Below are positions 36,127-46,951 of a stretch of 64,000 nt of DNA, one piece after another (positions within the stretch are counted from its first letter, which is position 1; the number at the start of each line of letters is the position of its first letter). The DNA lies in the IMG/VR virus record IMGVR_UViG_3300000062_000003, positions 5,628 through 69,627 of that record; one strand, written 5' to 3'. Origin of the DNA: a virus. The notes beneath the pieces were generated by a model. That model made no database searches. It was not told the DNA's origin and worked only from the letters and a program-made list of their open reading frames with translations. The position numbers and the translations under genes are program-made.

Positions 36127-36819
36127 TTGAATACTATGACAAATCGGGAATTAGTTAGTCAAATTTCTGGACAATTAAAAATGATAAACAAAGATGACCG
36201 AATTTCTCGTAGGCTCATCTTAGGAACAGCATTAAGATATTCTACAACTTTACATTCTCAGAAATTATTAGAAGGTACACTATTCAGAGAGGATAGTTTG
36301 TTTACTAAGTTGGAATGTGTGGAAATGGAGAAGGTAACTGCACAACGATGCGGATTAGCAGTACGGTGTAGTGTATTGATGAGAAGTAAAGAAAAACTAC
36401 CACATTCAGTCAGCAGTCGTTTTGGAAATTCAGTAATTATGGTTACCAACATCACTGACACTGTAGAGTTAAAAAAGGTAATATATGAAAATATAGTAGA
36501 TAAAACAACCCCCAGATATGCAGATTTAATTCCCAATACTCCATCATGGTTTGTATTTGATGATTATTTATATATTAAAGACTTCTCGATAGAGGCTGTA
36601 AATGTCCTTATTTTCTCCCTTCAACGGGATGACACTGCTAATAATGACAAAGGTAAGACAGGGGAATGCACCAATCACTGGGACTTAACATTTGTTTGCT
36701 CTGATAAGTTATTAGTTCCTATCATGCAATATACCATTCAGGAGTTAACTACCACGCGACAAATTGTGGAGGATGAACTTCCAGATGGAAATAGTAATGC
36801 TAAAGGAGGACAAGTTTAA
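36127..36819 (+). CDS. Tail ring/tubular protein (putative)
   Basis: MTNRELVS..., C..M..V...C...C and C.DKLL pattern of crAss-like ring proteins. Confidence 0.65.
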   Translation: MNTMTNRELVSQISGQLKMINKDDRISRRLILGTALRYSTTLHSQKLLEGTLFREDSLFTKLECVEMEKVTAQRCGLAVRCSVLMRSKEKLPHSVSSRFGNSVIMVTNITDTVELKKVIYENIVDKTTPRYADLIPNTPSWFVFDDYLYIKDFSIEAVNVLIFSLQRDDTANNDKGKTGECTNHWDLTFVCSDKLLVPIMQYTIQELTTTRQIVEDELPDGNSNAKGGQV

Positions 36820-36821
36820 GA

Positions 36822-37310
36822 ATGTCAGAAAAAATTAGTAGAGCTAAGGGAAAAGTATATTTAACAGGAAGTGATTTTGTTAAATTTTATACACATCAAG
36901 TCCATCAGTGTTCGCGACCTAAAGAAAAAAGAATTGTAGGCACAAACAAGGTAATTAATATTGTGGGCATGATTTTTGATGAAGTTGCCAAATCAGTAAC
37001 TCAAAATATAGCAGGAATACATTTATACAATATTGGATATTTTGGAGTCTGGAGAAGTTCTACAAATTTACTAGTATCTACTTATAAAAATAAAGAGATA
37101 TTCCTTAACAGCCATACAGATGGATATCAATATGTCTTAGATTTCTTCCCTGACACCACTAACAATACAGTTCTACATGGTTGGACAATGGATAGAATGT
37201 TCAGTAGACCAGTAAAACAAACATTAAGTGCAAATCTAAGGAAGGGGTATAAGTATAAGAATTTTTATGAAATATTCCTAAATAATAGGGAAAATGGTAT
37301 AAAAAATTGA
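36822..37310 (+). CDS. IHF/HU-like protein
   Basis: IFDEVAK...GIHLYNIGYFGVW; crAss-like phages carry IHF-like genes next to the tail genes. Confidence 0.6.
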   Translation: MSEKISRAKGKVYLTGSDFVKFYTHQVHQCSRPKEKRIVGTNKVINIVGMIFDEVAKSVTQNIAGIHLYNIGYFGVWRSSTNLLVSTYKNKEIFLNSHTDGYQYVLDFFPDTTNNTVLHGWTMDRMFSRPVKQTLSANLRKGYKYKNFYEIFLNNRENGIKN

Positions 37311-37314
37311 CATT

Positions 37315-38235
37315 ATGAATATTTTTGAAGACAAAATAGGTATAGACCAACTTATCAGCGAGGTACAAACTATGCTTCGTAAGTATAAGGACTCAGGATT
37401 TGTGACTGAGGCCAACATTATAGCTTTTACAATGGATAAACTAAAAGTGTTTGGAAATAATGTCATGGTAGACTATGAAGATGTAGTACCTATTGCTGAT
37501 TTTAGAGGCATGTTACCAAGTAATCTGTATAGAGTAAATGCAATGTATAAATGTCATTCTTGCGAGCCTATACAATCTCCATGTGACCCTTGTTCCAGTT
37601 GTGAGAGCGAAGAAGACAACTTATGTAAGCCAAGACCATACCCAGTAGCACAAAAGATGTTTAAATGGGCTGAAACTACCAGATATAGAGAGACAGAAAA
37701 TTCATGTGAGAATTGTGATTCTGAAATAGAGACTACAGTTGGCTGTGAAATGACCTATGTACCAGAAGTGGCACGGTTTCGGCTTAGAGGTAGGACACCC
37801 CTGACCTTTGGGAAAGGAATGCTTTCAGGAATGTGTACAGATGAATGTAGAAATTGTCAAGATAGGTCTTCTAAGTATCAAGTGGAAATAATGAGCGAAA
37901 GGATGCTTAAGACATCTTTTCCAAGTGGCTCTATTTATGTTCAATACTATGGGATTCCTTTGGATGAGAATAACAGACCAATGATTCAGAACTCAAATAA
38001 AGGATTTGTTTATGAGCACATAAAGTACTATGTGTTGATGAAGATTTTAGAGTACATTATTATTGAAAACGAACAAGCAATACCAGTATATCAATTGATG
38101 AGTCAGAAAGCTATGGAAACAGCAAGACCAGCATCAGTAGATGCGAAAGTTAGCACCTTCTCTAACACATCATATGTTCGTATGCGTGCTCAGAATAGAC
38201 GTAATACAGAACAGTATTTTCGTACTCGACCTTAA
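37315..38235 (+). CDS. Tail ring/tubular protein (putative)
   Basis: 306 aa, Cys-rich insert, SGSIYVQYYG..LDE motif; precedes the muzzle gene. Confidence 0.65.
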   Translation: MNIFEDKIGIDQLISEVQTMLRKYKDSGFVTEANIIAFTMDKLKVFGNNVMVDYEDVVPIADFRGMLPSNLYRVNAMYKCHSCEPIQSPCDPCSSCESEEDNLCKPRPYPVAQKMFKWAETTRYRETENSCENCDSEIETTVGCEMTYVPEVARFRLRGRTPLTFGKGMLSGMCTDECRNCQDRSSKYQVEIMSERMLKTSFPSGSIYVQYYGIPLDENNRPMIQNSNKGFVYEHIKYYVLMKILEYIIIENEQAIPVYQLMSQKAMETARPASVDAKVSTFSNTSYVRMRAQNRRNTEQYFRTRP

Positions 38236-38266
38236 TTATTTCTAAACAACCTAAAACTAACATACT

Positions 38267-41200
38267 GTGGTTAGACAAGATAAATATAATGTCCCGCAAG
38301 CAGGGATGGATACTGATACACATCCAATGGAACTTAAGGATGCATCATATACTTTCGCTAAAAATGCAATCCTAAATAGTGAAGGAGGAGATGGTATGGT
38401 AAAGCTACAAAATGAACCATCCAATTTATTAAATAGTGTTCTTCCTGTAGGATTTGTAGTAATAGGTAATATTTATGATGCACTTACTAACAGGGTGTAC
38501 TTATTCTTGGCTAATGACACTACGAAAGTTTCTGAAATAGGATTTATAACATTAGGAAGTGAGCTAGACCTTAAAGATAATGATTGGAGCTACGCCTGTG
38601 ACCACAAAGAGATTATTACAGAGAAGTTAGAGGAAATAGCACAATTACCATCTAATGTGTACACTACCTTACTTTCAGATGATTGTAATGGTACATTGAA
38701 TTTCTCTATTACACATCCATTTCGCGAAGGTACTATTGATTTAAAAAATGAGAAGTGTGGAAAAGTATTATATTTTACAGATAATCTGAATCCAACAAGG
38801 AGGTTAGAGTTAGATAATATTGATTGGTACAAGCAAAGTGATGAGGAGTCAGAAGGAGTTCGAACCAACTTAGATTACAATATCATTTCCCCAATCCCTG
38901 ACTGGGTACATCAAGTAAAAACAGCTACAGGATATTCATATACAGTGGATAATAACACTGAAGTAGCAGGACGTAATACTACTCTATTACTACAGCAAGA
39001 CGAAAGTGGAAGACAAGTTGCAATAACCATTAGACAAGATGGTATATTTATTCCTCCTACACCAGTAGATTGGAAATATACATTTGAATTAGTACCTGAA
39101 ACAATAGCTGCGTCAGGCTTAGGTGGAGTGTTTCCAGTATCTTTAGACAGTTTTAGAGATAATCAATTGACTCCATTTCAACATGAAGAACTTTCAGTAA
39201 GTTTAGAAGGACTCCCAAATTGGATTCAGTATGATTCTGAAACTAAGGAGTTTGTTATAAGTGAAAATTTAGGAACCATACCCAGGGAGACCAGCCTTTT
39301 ACTAAGACAGGCTGAAAGTAATAGTATACTTAGACTTACTATTATACAGGAGGTGGCTCCTCCAGCACCAGACCCTGACCCCGAATGGCGATATATACTT
39401 AATGTAGCACCAGTATCTCAACAATGCTCCAGTGCATCACATATAATTCCTTATAGTATTCTAAGCTATAAACAAGATATACATCACCCTGACATATTAA
39501 ATAACATTGATTACACTATAACCAGTGATTCTCCTTGGTTAGTAGTAGATACTTTCTTTGGACAATTAAATATAGCAGCTAATACTACAAGTGCAGTTAG
39601 GGAAGGAATAGTTACAGTAACTCAGAACGAGTCAGGATATACTGAAACAATAACTATAAAGCAAGGAGTAACGATAAATATTTATCCTGACCCGCCAGCA
39701 CCTCAGTTACCCATAGATTTTTTATTTACAGAAAGTAGTTTAACTAATACAGAGTTTTTCTTTATTGGTACTGATATTTCTGCCAGAAATACAGATGTAA
39801 GTAGTTACCGATATCTATTCAGTAATCCAGATAACCATATTCCCATAGATTTCAGGTTGAGAGCATTGGATAGTTGGGTTACTATAGAAAACACTTCTGA
39901 TAATACTTATTCAATTACTCCAAGTACAAATTCAGGAGATGACAGGGAGACATATGTTGTGTTTGAACAACGTATTAATGGAGTAGTGATTGAAGTTGGG
40001 AGGTATAAAGTGTTCCAACAAGGTATCCCTTTTACCTATACTTTCAGGCTATTACCTACTGTAATGGTATTTAGTAATACTGAAGGACAACAAACAATAA
40101 ATCCTCGAACAAGCAATAAAAGCAATTCTTCCACACCAATACCAGTAGGTTATGCAATTGAGTCAGGATACCCATCTTGGGTAACTCCTGCATTAGATAG
40201 GATTTCTGTAGAAAATAATCTAGGAGGATATCGTACTACAAGTGTTACTTATACACAAGAAGAATCAGGAAAACAGATTGTAATTGAAGTTAGACAGCAG
40301 GCACAGCCAGTTGTAACATTTTCGAGTGCATATTCTTCTGAAATAGAAATATCTGCAATATCAGATGCACAAGTTTCAGAATCACCATCTGACTTATTAA
40401 GAGATTCTATATTGCAAGCAAATTCTTCGCTCACTACATCTTTTATTTTATTTGCCAATCCTTCAAATTTATCTTTTACAGCAGATGATACAAGTAGTAA
40501 GCATATATTTGTGACAAGTTATAGGGAGGACTTTGACCCCTCATCCACGCCCCTGACCTGTGTAAATGTTGAAAGACTAAGACTAAGACCTAGATACAGT
40601 AAACCATGTATAACTCCTATTGCTATCTCTAATGGAGGTAATCTAAAAATGGGAGTATATGAGTATGTTGTAGCAGCATGTGACAAACAAGGCAATGAGT
40701 TCACTCCATTTTATGCAGCTACTACACCAGTATCTATATTTAATAAGGCAGATGTTATTATGGGGCAGCCAGAAATGGCTGGTAATTCAAATATGGGAGT
40801 CCTATTACAAGTGGAATGGGATGACCCCAGGGTAAAATATTATAAAATAGTAGTTGCTCAAACAGCCAGTTTAGATAGTACTACAACATATTATGAAGAG
40901 GGTATTTATCCAATATACACTAGAACTATAACTCATACTGATGATTTCAGTAAACAACCTACTACATTACAGCATCTTTATCAGATGCCGATGGTGTATG
41001 AGAAAACCAGAATGTTAACTTCTTCAAATGGGTATTTATTTGAAGGTGGAATAACTGTTAAGAAAGCCTTAAATTTGCAGCCAGCAGCTCTTCTGATAGG
41101 AGCATTAGCATTGTGGCAAACAGTAGAAACACTAGAAGGACTATACTCAAATGGAACATCTTCTGCACTATATAAATCAGCATTACGAGATGAAGTGTAT

Positions 41201-44200
41201 CCATATGGAATCAGATTCACAGGTAAAAGTGGATATGTGTCAGATACTTTTGTAATGGCTTCCAGACCTTCAAGACCTTTTGATGTAGAAGTATTACTTA
41301 GTACAAATATGAATGTAGAGTCTATTCGTAATGGAGCACAAGCTTGTACAATGGAGACTAGGTTGTTTAGATATCAGTTTGAAAATACTGCAACATTATT
41401 AGATTATAAAATTGAAGATGAATCATTAGTAGATGTAGGAGGCGGGGCAATAAATTTAAGTACAAATTGTAATGTAAAACCATATGAGACAGGTGAATTT
41501 GCATATTGGGAATCTGAGACAACCTACCCTGACAACGATGAGTTGTTTAATGCACAAAATCTACATATAGAGGAGTCTGATTTACCAGATATACCATATG
41601 TAAAAGATACTTTTGAAGAATTTTTTGTAGAAAGTAAAACTGGAGGACAATACACACTAAATTCTAATGCAGACTTTAGAAATAAAGGTATAAGACATTT
41701 TAAATATCCAGATTTCAATGTCTCTCCATTTATGGATTGTACAGAAGAAGCAACCTCTGACCCAAAAGCTCAGTTTACAGATAGTAATATATATCCTATT
41801 GGATTTTATATACATGAAGATGTGGTTAAATTTGCTTTAGATATATCTTTAAAAAATGGCTTATTGACACAAGAGGAGTACAATGATATAGATGGGTTTG
41901 AAATACTTCGAGGAGATAGAACAATTCACAAAAGTATTATAGCAAAAGGACTTGGCTATGACATGTACAGCTATAATGATACTACTAGCCAACCTGAACA
42001 AGAAATATGGTATCCTAATTTTCCTTACAATGATTTAACTTCCAATAAGTTACAATATATAAGAAGAGGTAGTGATAGAGATTCTGGTACTATAATACCA
42101 CACCCATATGAGGGTAAAAAAAATAATAAATTTGCTTTCCATTCCCCTGACATCTCTTTCCACAAACCACAACTACCCCAAGAACTAGTACTAGAAGGAT
42201 ATCAATATGGATGGTCTAAGGGAGTGTTCAATCAAGTAAGAGACCATTCTAGGTGGGTGATACTGACTAGCAATGCTTTTAATATAGCAAGAACACTAGC
42301 AATGGCTGAGGTGTTATTAGATGTACTAGGTAAGTATGGTGATAACATAATGGCACAAGCAACAATAAAGGATAGGGATATAACAGGTACAGTGGATTAT
42401 ACGAGTGGGCTAGGCCTAACCTCTACTAAGGTAGTTACAGTAACTTCTGTACCACCAGCTGTTGCTACTGATACTACAACAAGTGCACCATTTAAGGTAG
42501 ATTATGACTTGACACTATCTACAGACACAGGATGGCAAGAAAAGATAGTGATGGGACTATCTGCTGCTACTATATTGGGAAGTATAGGAGCATCCTATGC
42601 AGAAGCATATACAAGATGGTTAGAAATATTTAAAAAGTTTGGAGAACCAATAAATTTTGCATACTATTACACTTCAGTAGGACACTACAATAAAGGAGTC
42701 AAAAACTTAGATAATAATAACAATACTACAGAGAGTAACTTACGAACATTAATGGCTGCACATTATATATCCAATGCAGGCATGGTTAGTGTGAGTGAGC
42801 AGACAGGAATAAATACAAGAGAACAAGTTAAACTAAATGCTAGAGATAGAGAATCTTTCGTATATTTAAGTACAGGAGAACACTATCCATTAGATGTAAA
42901 TAGTAATGTAAGAAAAGAATTTGATGAGAGTAGAGTAATTGCAGGCGATGATGGATATACTGGTAATAATGACAGAGAAGTTTTTGCAGATATAGCATCT
43001 CCTTACTTCTCATTAAAACAGTATTTACCAAACCAATATGCATCAGTAAATTCTATTAAATGGTTACCCACAGGCCATTGTGGTATTTTTGGAAGGAAAA
43101 AACACCACCAAATATTTGGAGGAGATACTTTCATAACTAGATATGCACTAAAGAGAAAGGTTCCATTTTGGTATTCTACAGCACATGGCTTACGGGACAG
43201 GGAGCAATTTAATTATACACAGTATGACAATATAGGACAAAATGTTTATTATGCTAATTATGATACTTCAGATATAGAAGAGTTGGATATTCAAGGGATA
43301 CCAGCTGCAATTGCAGCATTAATTGGCATCAATGCTCCAACGCCCAAATGGAGAACAGATGCGAAGTTTGATACACTGCATGAAAGTGGAAATTATGTAA
43401 GAGAGTCTAGTAAACTATACTTATACTACTATGGTATCCCATCATTCTTATGTGAGTCAAGTGTAAATTGTGATTATAGATTTGCGAAAGCCAGACCAGA
43501 AGAAATGTTTTACCCACAAGTAGAAGATTATGTAGAATGGACACAGGAGAGTACAGTTAGTATTAGAGAAGATAATAAATTCTTTTATAATAATGTTTAC
43601 TCTAAAAATGCCATGTTAGCAAATGGCGGGGTACTACCAGAAACATATGAAAAAGAAGAGTATGATTGTAGGTTTGATATGCCAAATGGAGTAATCTACT
43701 CTATGCAAGATACTGGTGAGCAGGATATGACAGACCCTTGGTCAGTGTTCAGACCTTTAGATTTCTATCAATTTCCATCAAGTTTTGGAAGACTAGTACG
43801 ACTTAAAGGGATAGAGTCGAGTCAGGTATTAGGATTATTTGAAAATCAAGTGGTATTATATAATGCTATAGATGTTTTACGTGAAAGAACTGAATCTACT
43901 ACTAGAGAACTTGGAACAGGTGGAATATTTGCTAAGAGACCAGTAGAGTTCTTCAAAAGTGATTTAGGCTATGGAGGTTCACAGCACAGTGCTTTACTAT
44001 CTACTCCATATGGACATTTCTATATAGATTGTCAAAGAGGATTTTTTATGTTAATCCAACCAAATGGGAAAGGTATGCAGCCAATTTCTAAAGGTAAAAG
44101 TCGTTGGTTTAAGAAACATCTTCCATTTAAGATTCTAAAGGGAGGCATTAAGGGATTAACCTCTTTAGATGTAGATAATAATTACAATCATCTAGGAGTG

Positions 44201-45079
44201 ACTTTAGGGTGGGATAACAAGTATGATAGGATTATTTTCACAAAAGTTGATTATATTGTAAATAAGGAATGGAGAAATAAATTAATGTACGAAGAGGGTC
44301 GCCTCTACAAATTAACCGAAGAAGGATTTAGAGGAGAAGAAGTAGTTATCACTGATTCGAATATATTTAAGAATGCTTCGTTTACAATGTCCTACTCACC
44401 AGTTCAAGGGTATTGGTCATCGTATCACTCCTATACTCCTAATTATATTATTAGTAATTCTGAAACTTTTGCAACAGGATATAATATTGGTAATAAAAAT
44501 GGAATAGTTGATTCTAGTATATGGGAACATAACAGAACGGAACAATCTTTCTGCGTATTTCAGAATAAGTTATATTCATTTGAGATTGAGTATCCAGTTA
44601 CAAATACTGCTGCTAACAACTCATTGAGTAATGTAGCATACTGGCTGGATTGTAGGAGGTATAAAGATGCCACTAATTACGCAGCCCTGACCAGGATAGG
44701 ATTTGACGAAACCTTCATATACAATGAAACTGAAAACACAGGAGTAATGAATCTTGTTGTCGAAGAGAAAAATAATAGAAGGCAGTATATAGAATATCCA
44801 AAATATGTAGGAAACAATTTGCACATTTTAGTAGCTAACAGAGATAAAGAATGGAATCTTAACTCTATATATAATAGAATAAGAAGAGAAAATGTAAATG
44901 TCCCACAATTATTGTCTGATGTAAATGAGATTGATTTTGAGCCTAATTCTTCTGTTATTGACCGTAGTACAAGAAAACAAGATTTTCTTCGTGGAAACTG
45001 GTTTAAAATGCGCCTGAGAGCTAAGAAATCATCCTATAAGTTAATTTCAAATTGGTTTAGAAGTTCTATACAATCTTGA
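38267..45079 (+). CDS. Tail stabilisation (muzzle) protein with an inserted BACON array
   Basis: 2270 aa; G.DTD.HP...Y..AKNA N-terminus, RDEVYPYGIRF, GGDTFI.R and FGRL motifs; BACON-like repeats at 38849-40528. Confidence 0.85.
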   Translation: MVRQDKYNVPQAGMDTDTHPMELKDASYTFAKNAILNSEGGDGMVKLQNEPSNLLNSVLPVGFVVIGNIYDALTNRVYLFLANDTTKVSEIGFITLGSELDLKDNDWSYACDHKEIITEKLEEIAQLPSNVYTTLLSDDCNGTLNFSITHPFREGTIDLKNEKCGKVLYFTDNLNPTRRLELDNIDWYKQSDEESEGVRTNLDYNIISPIPDWVHQVKTATGYSYTVDNNTEVAGRNTTLLLQQDESGRQVAITIRQDGIFIPPTPVDWKYTFELVPETIAASGLGGVFPVSLDSFRDNQLTPFQHEELSVSLEGLPNWIQYDSETKEFVISENLGTIPRETSLLLRQAESNSILRLTIIQEVAPPAPDPDPEWRYILNVAPVSQQCSSASHIIPYSILSYKQDIHHPDILNNIDYTITSDSPWLVVDTFFGQLNIAANTTSAVREGIVTVTQNESGYTETITIKQGVTINIYPDPPAPQLPIDFLFTESSLTNTEFFFIGTDISARNTDVSSYRYLFSNPDNHIPIDFRLRALDSWVTIENTSDNTYSITPSTNSGDDRETYVVFEQRINGVVIEVGRYKVFQQGIPFTYTFRLLPTVMVFSNTEGQQTINPRTSNKSNSSTPIPVGYAIESGYPSWVTPALDRISVENNLGGYRTTSVTYTQEESGKQIVIEVRQQAQPVVTFSSAYSSEIEISAISDAQVSESPSDLLRDSILQANSSLTTSFILFANPSNLSFTADDTSSKHIFVTSYREDFDPSSTPLTCVNVERLRLRPRYSKPCITPIAISNGGNLKMGVYEYVVAACDKQGNEFTPFYAATTPVSIFNKADVIMGQPEMAGNSNMGVLLQVEWDDPRVKYYKIVVAQTASLDSTTTYYEEGIYPIYTRTITHTDDFSKQPTTLQHLYQMPMVYEKTRMLTSSNGYLFEGGITVKKALNLQPAALLIGALALWQTVETLEGLYSNGTSSALYKSALRDEVYPYGIRFTGKSGYVSDTFVMASRPSRPFDVEVLLSTNMNVESIRNGAQACTMETRLFRYQFENTATLLDYKIEDESLVDVGGGAINLSTNCNVKPYETGEFAYWESETTYPDNDELFNAQNLHIEESDLPDIPYVKDTFEEFFVESKTGGQYTLNSNADFRNKGIRHFKYPDFNVSPFMDCTEEATSDPKAQFTDSNIYPIGFYIHEDVVKFALDISLKNGLLTQEEYNDIDGFEILRGDRTIHKSIIAKGLGYDMYSYNDTTSQPEQEIWYPNFPYNDLTSNKLQYIRRGSDRDSGTIIPHPYEGKKNNKFAFHSPDISFHKPQLPQELVLEGYQYGWSKGVFNQVRDHSRWVILTSNAFNIARTLAMAEVLLDVLGKYGDNIMAQATIKDRDITGTVDYTSGLGLTSTKVVTVTSVPPAVATDTTTSAPFKVDYDLTLSTDTGWQEKIVMGLSAATILGSIGASYAEAYTRWLEIFKKFGEPINFAYYYTSVGHYNKGVKNLDNNNNTTESNLRTLMAAHYISNAGMVSVSEQTGINTREQVKLNARDRESFVYLSTGEHYPLDVNSNVRKEFDESRVIAGDDGYTGNNDREVFADIASPYFSLKQYLPNQYASVNSIKWLPTGHCGIFGRKKHHQIFGGDTFITRYALKRKVPFWYSTAHGLRDREQFNYTQYDNIGQNVYYANYDTSDIEELDIQGIPAAIAALIGINAPTPKWRTDAKFDTLHESGNYVRESSKLYLYYYGIPSFLCESSVNCDYRFAKARPEEMFYPQVEDYVEWTQESTVSIREDNKFFYNNVYSKNAMLANGGVLPETYEKEEYDCRFDMPNGVIYSMQDTGEQDMTDPWSVFRPLDFYQFPSSFGRLVRLKGIESSQVLGLFENQVVLYNAIDVLRERTESTTRELGTGGIFAKRPVEFFKSDLGYGGSQHSALLSTPYGHFYIDCQRGFFMLIQPNGKGMQPISKGKSRWFKKHLPFKILKGGIKGLTSLDVDNNYNHLGVTLGWDNKYDRIIFTKVDYIVNKEWRNKLMYEEGRLYKLTEEGFRGEEVVITDSNIFKNASFTMSYSPVQGYWSSYHSYTPNYIISNSETFATGYNIGNKNGIVDSSIWEHNRTEQSFCVFQNKLYSFEIEYPVTNTAANNSLSNVAYWLDCRRYKDATNYAALTRIGFDETFIYNETENTGVMNLVVEEKNNRRQYIEYPKYVGNNLHILVANRDKEWNLNSIYNRIRRENVNVPQLLSDVNEIDFEPNSSVIDRSTRKQDFLRGNWFKMRLRAKKSSYKLISNWFRSSIQS
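38849..40528 (+). repeat. In-frame 560-aa array of BACON-like Ig domains
   Basis: Repeated P.W...N....R......Q.ES......I.Q units: one C-terminal half, four complete units, a linker and one N-terminal half. Confidence 0.8.
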
Positions 45080-45097
45080 CCATAAATAAAATACTAT

Positions 45098-46951
45098 ATG
45101 CCTACACGAGATTTAAGAAATAATCAAGTTGAACCTTTAGCTAGTGAGAGTACCAGCACCTCAACCCCTGACCCCTCACTACAAATAGTCAAAAGAAAAC
45201 AAAGAAATACTAAAGAAACACCTAATACTACTAATAGTACCAATACAACACATACTATTGTTTCAGGGGATATCCTTAGTCGTATTGCTAAAGATAATGG
45301 AGTAACCTTAGAAGGACTTTTAGCTGTAAATCCAGGTATAAGTAATCCTAACAATGTACCAATAGGACAGGTAGTGAACATACCTAGACCAGATGGAATA
45401 TCATCTACTATTACTCAAGAGTTAGTACAAGCAGAGCAGGAGTATCGACAAAAAAGACAAAAAGCGCGCCCAAAAGATAATGTAAGTTCTGTATACTCTG
45501 TAATAAAAGGAGATAATTTAAGTAAGATAGCAAGAGCACATAATGTATCAGTTCAAACTATATTACAGAACAACCCTGACATTAGAGATGCTAATCAAAT
45601 AGAAATAGGGCAGGAAATAAAAATTCCTACTAATCCTTCTAACCAGCGTACTATACCTATGAACTTTTCTACTATTCAGAAAAGGGAAGAAGAAATAAAT
45701 CAGATGTCAGATGTTGATATTATCAATCATTATCATAAGACCCAGAAAACGGGTAAAGCATACATGATAGATGATAAAGCAAATGGGAGAACATCAGTCT
45801 ATAGAAATGGACAGTTAATTAAATCATATGTAAGTGTACATGGAAAAGCTGCTGACCTGGACGATATGACCATTACTTATGTAGATAAGAAAACAAAAGA
45901 GATTATAGATGGAGCAGGTAATATGTCCACTCCAGCAGGTGTCTATAAACTTGTTCCTAGTGGTAGGTATTATGGAGCACCTGCTTTTATGAGGCAGTTA
46001 CCCATACAGTTTGCTAAGAAAATGGAAGATGGTATTCCTTCTTCTGTACATGTGCGAAATGTAAGAGATGGGTCTAAGTTTAAGACTAATGGATGTACAG
46101 GGATGGCAGCCTGTGACCTAAGGGATATGGCTAAGTATATAAAAGAACCTACTGAATCATACATTTTACCTGTAGAGGAAGGTAATAGATTTTATTTACG
46201 CAATGGAGAGCTACAATTTAGAACTAATAACGTAGCAGAAACTCCAGCACATAATACTATGAACTATGCACCAGCTACTAGTATACTGAGCAACAAACAT
46301 CGTAATTTAACAGAACATCAACAAGAAGTTGCTGCTGCCTTCGTAAAATCTTTAGCTGATAATAAGGTAGCCATACAACAAGCAACAGGGCTTAATAATG
46401 ATAGTTATATTCAATTAGCTAAAGTAGCTTATGGAATGCTAGGAGCAGAGTCTACTTTTGGTAAGGAAAACTCTGCACTAGAAAATGTAGGTAAATTTTT
46501 AGGAAAGGCTACTGGACTGCATTCTACAAGTCCTGATATATATTCTAAGCATGATACCTATGAGCCAGTATTAAGGTTTTTAGGCCAATCTACAAATAAT
46601 AGGTCAGTTGGACTTACTCAAATAAGAATGACCCAATTATCAAAGGAAGATAAGAAGTTATTAAAGCAATTTAGGATACATAGACATTCACTAGTCAATT
46701 CTCCTGAAAAGGCTGCAATAGCCACAATGATAAAACTAGCAACTGCATATAAAAATCATGGACATAATATAGAAAGAGCACTCAGTAAAGAGTGGAATAG
46801 TGGGGTACATTATCAGGATATTGTTAATGACTATAGCAGAGACTTGGAGTTTAATCAAGACTATCCAGTAACTGAGGAAGAGTACAACAAGTACTGGGGG
46901 GGGGGTCGCCAGTTACACCAACATTCAAGGAAGGAGGTACTACTATGGTAA
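45098..46951 (+). CDS. Virion peptidoglycan enzyme: 2x LysM + YkuD/LDT-like + lysozyme-like domain
   Basis: HTIVSGDILSRIA and YSVIKGDNLSKIA (LysM); STPAGVY...SVH...TNGC (YkuD); GMLGAES...GLTQ (lysozyme-like). Confidence 0.85.
   Translation: MPTRDLRNNQVEPLASESTSTSTPDPSLQIVKRKQRNTKETPNTTNSTNTTHTIVSGDILSRIAKDNGVTLEGLLAVNPGISNPNNVPIGQVVNIPRPDGISSTITQELVQAEQEYRQKRQKARPKDNVSSVYSVIKGDNLSKIARAHNVSVQTILQNNPDIRDANQIEIGQEIKIPTNPSNQRTIPMNFSTIQKREEEINQMSDVDIINHYHKTQKTGKAYMIDDKANGRTSVYRNGQLIKSYVSVHGKAADLDDMTITYVDKKTKEIIDGAGNMSTPAGVYKLVPSGRYYGAPAFMRQLPIQFAKKMEDGIPSSVHVRNVRDGSKFKTNGCTGMAACDLRDMAKYIKEPTESYILPVEEGNRFYLRNGELQFRTNNVAETPAHNTMNYAPATSILSNKHRNLTEHQQEVAAAFVKSLADNKVAIQQATGLNNDSYIQLAKVAYGMLGAESTFGKENSALENVGKFLGKATGLHSTSPDIYSKHDTYEPVLRFLGQSTNNRSVGLTQIRMTQLSKEDKKLLKQFRIHRHSLVNSPEKAAIATMIKLATAYKNHGHNIERALSKEWNSGVHYQDIVNDYSRDLEFNQDYPVTEEEYNKYWGGGRQLHQHSRKEVLLW
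46896..46905 (+). repeat. G10 homopolymer at the junction of two hydrolase genes
   Basis: Ten consecutive G in a roughly one-third GC genome. Confidence 0.9.

Noticed and set aside
31443-45079. Diversity-generating retroelement acting on tail genes
   Set aside because: No reverse transcriptase and no template/variable repeat pair differing at adenines was seen in the window.
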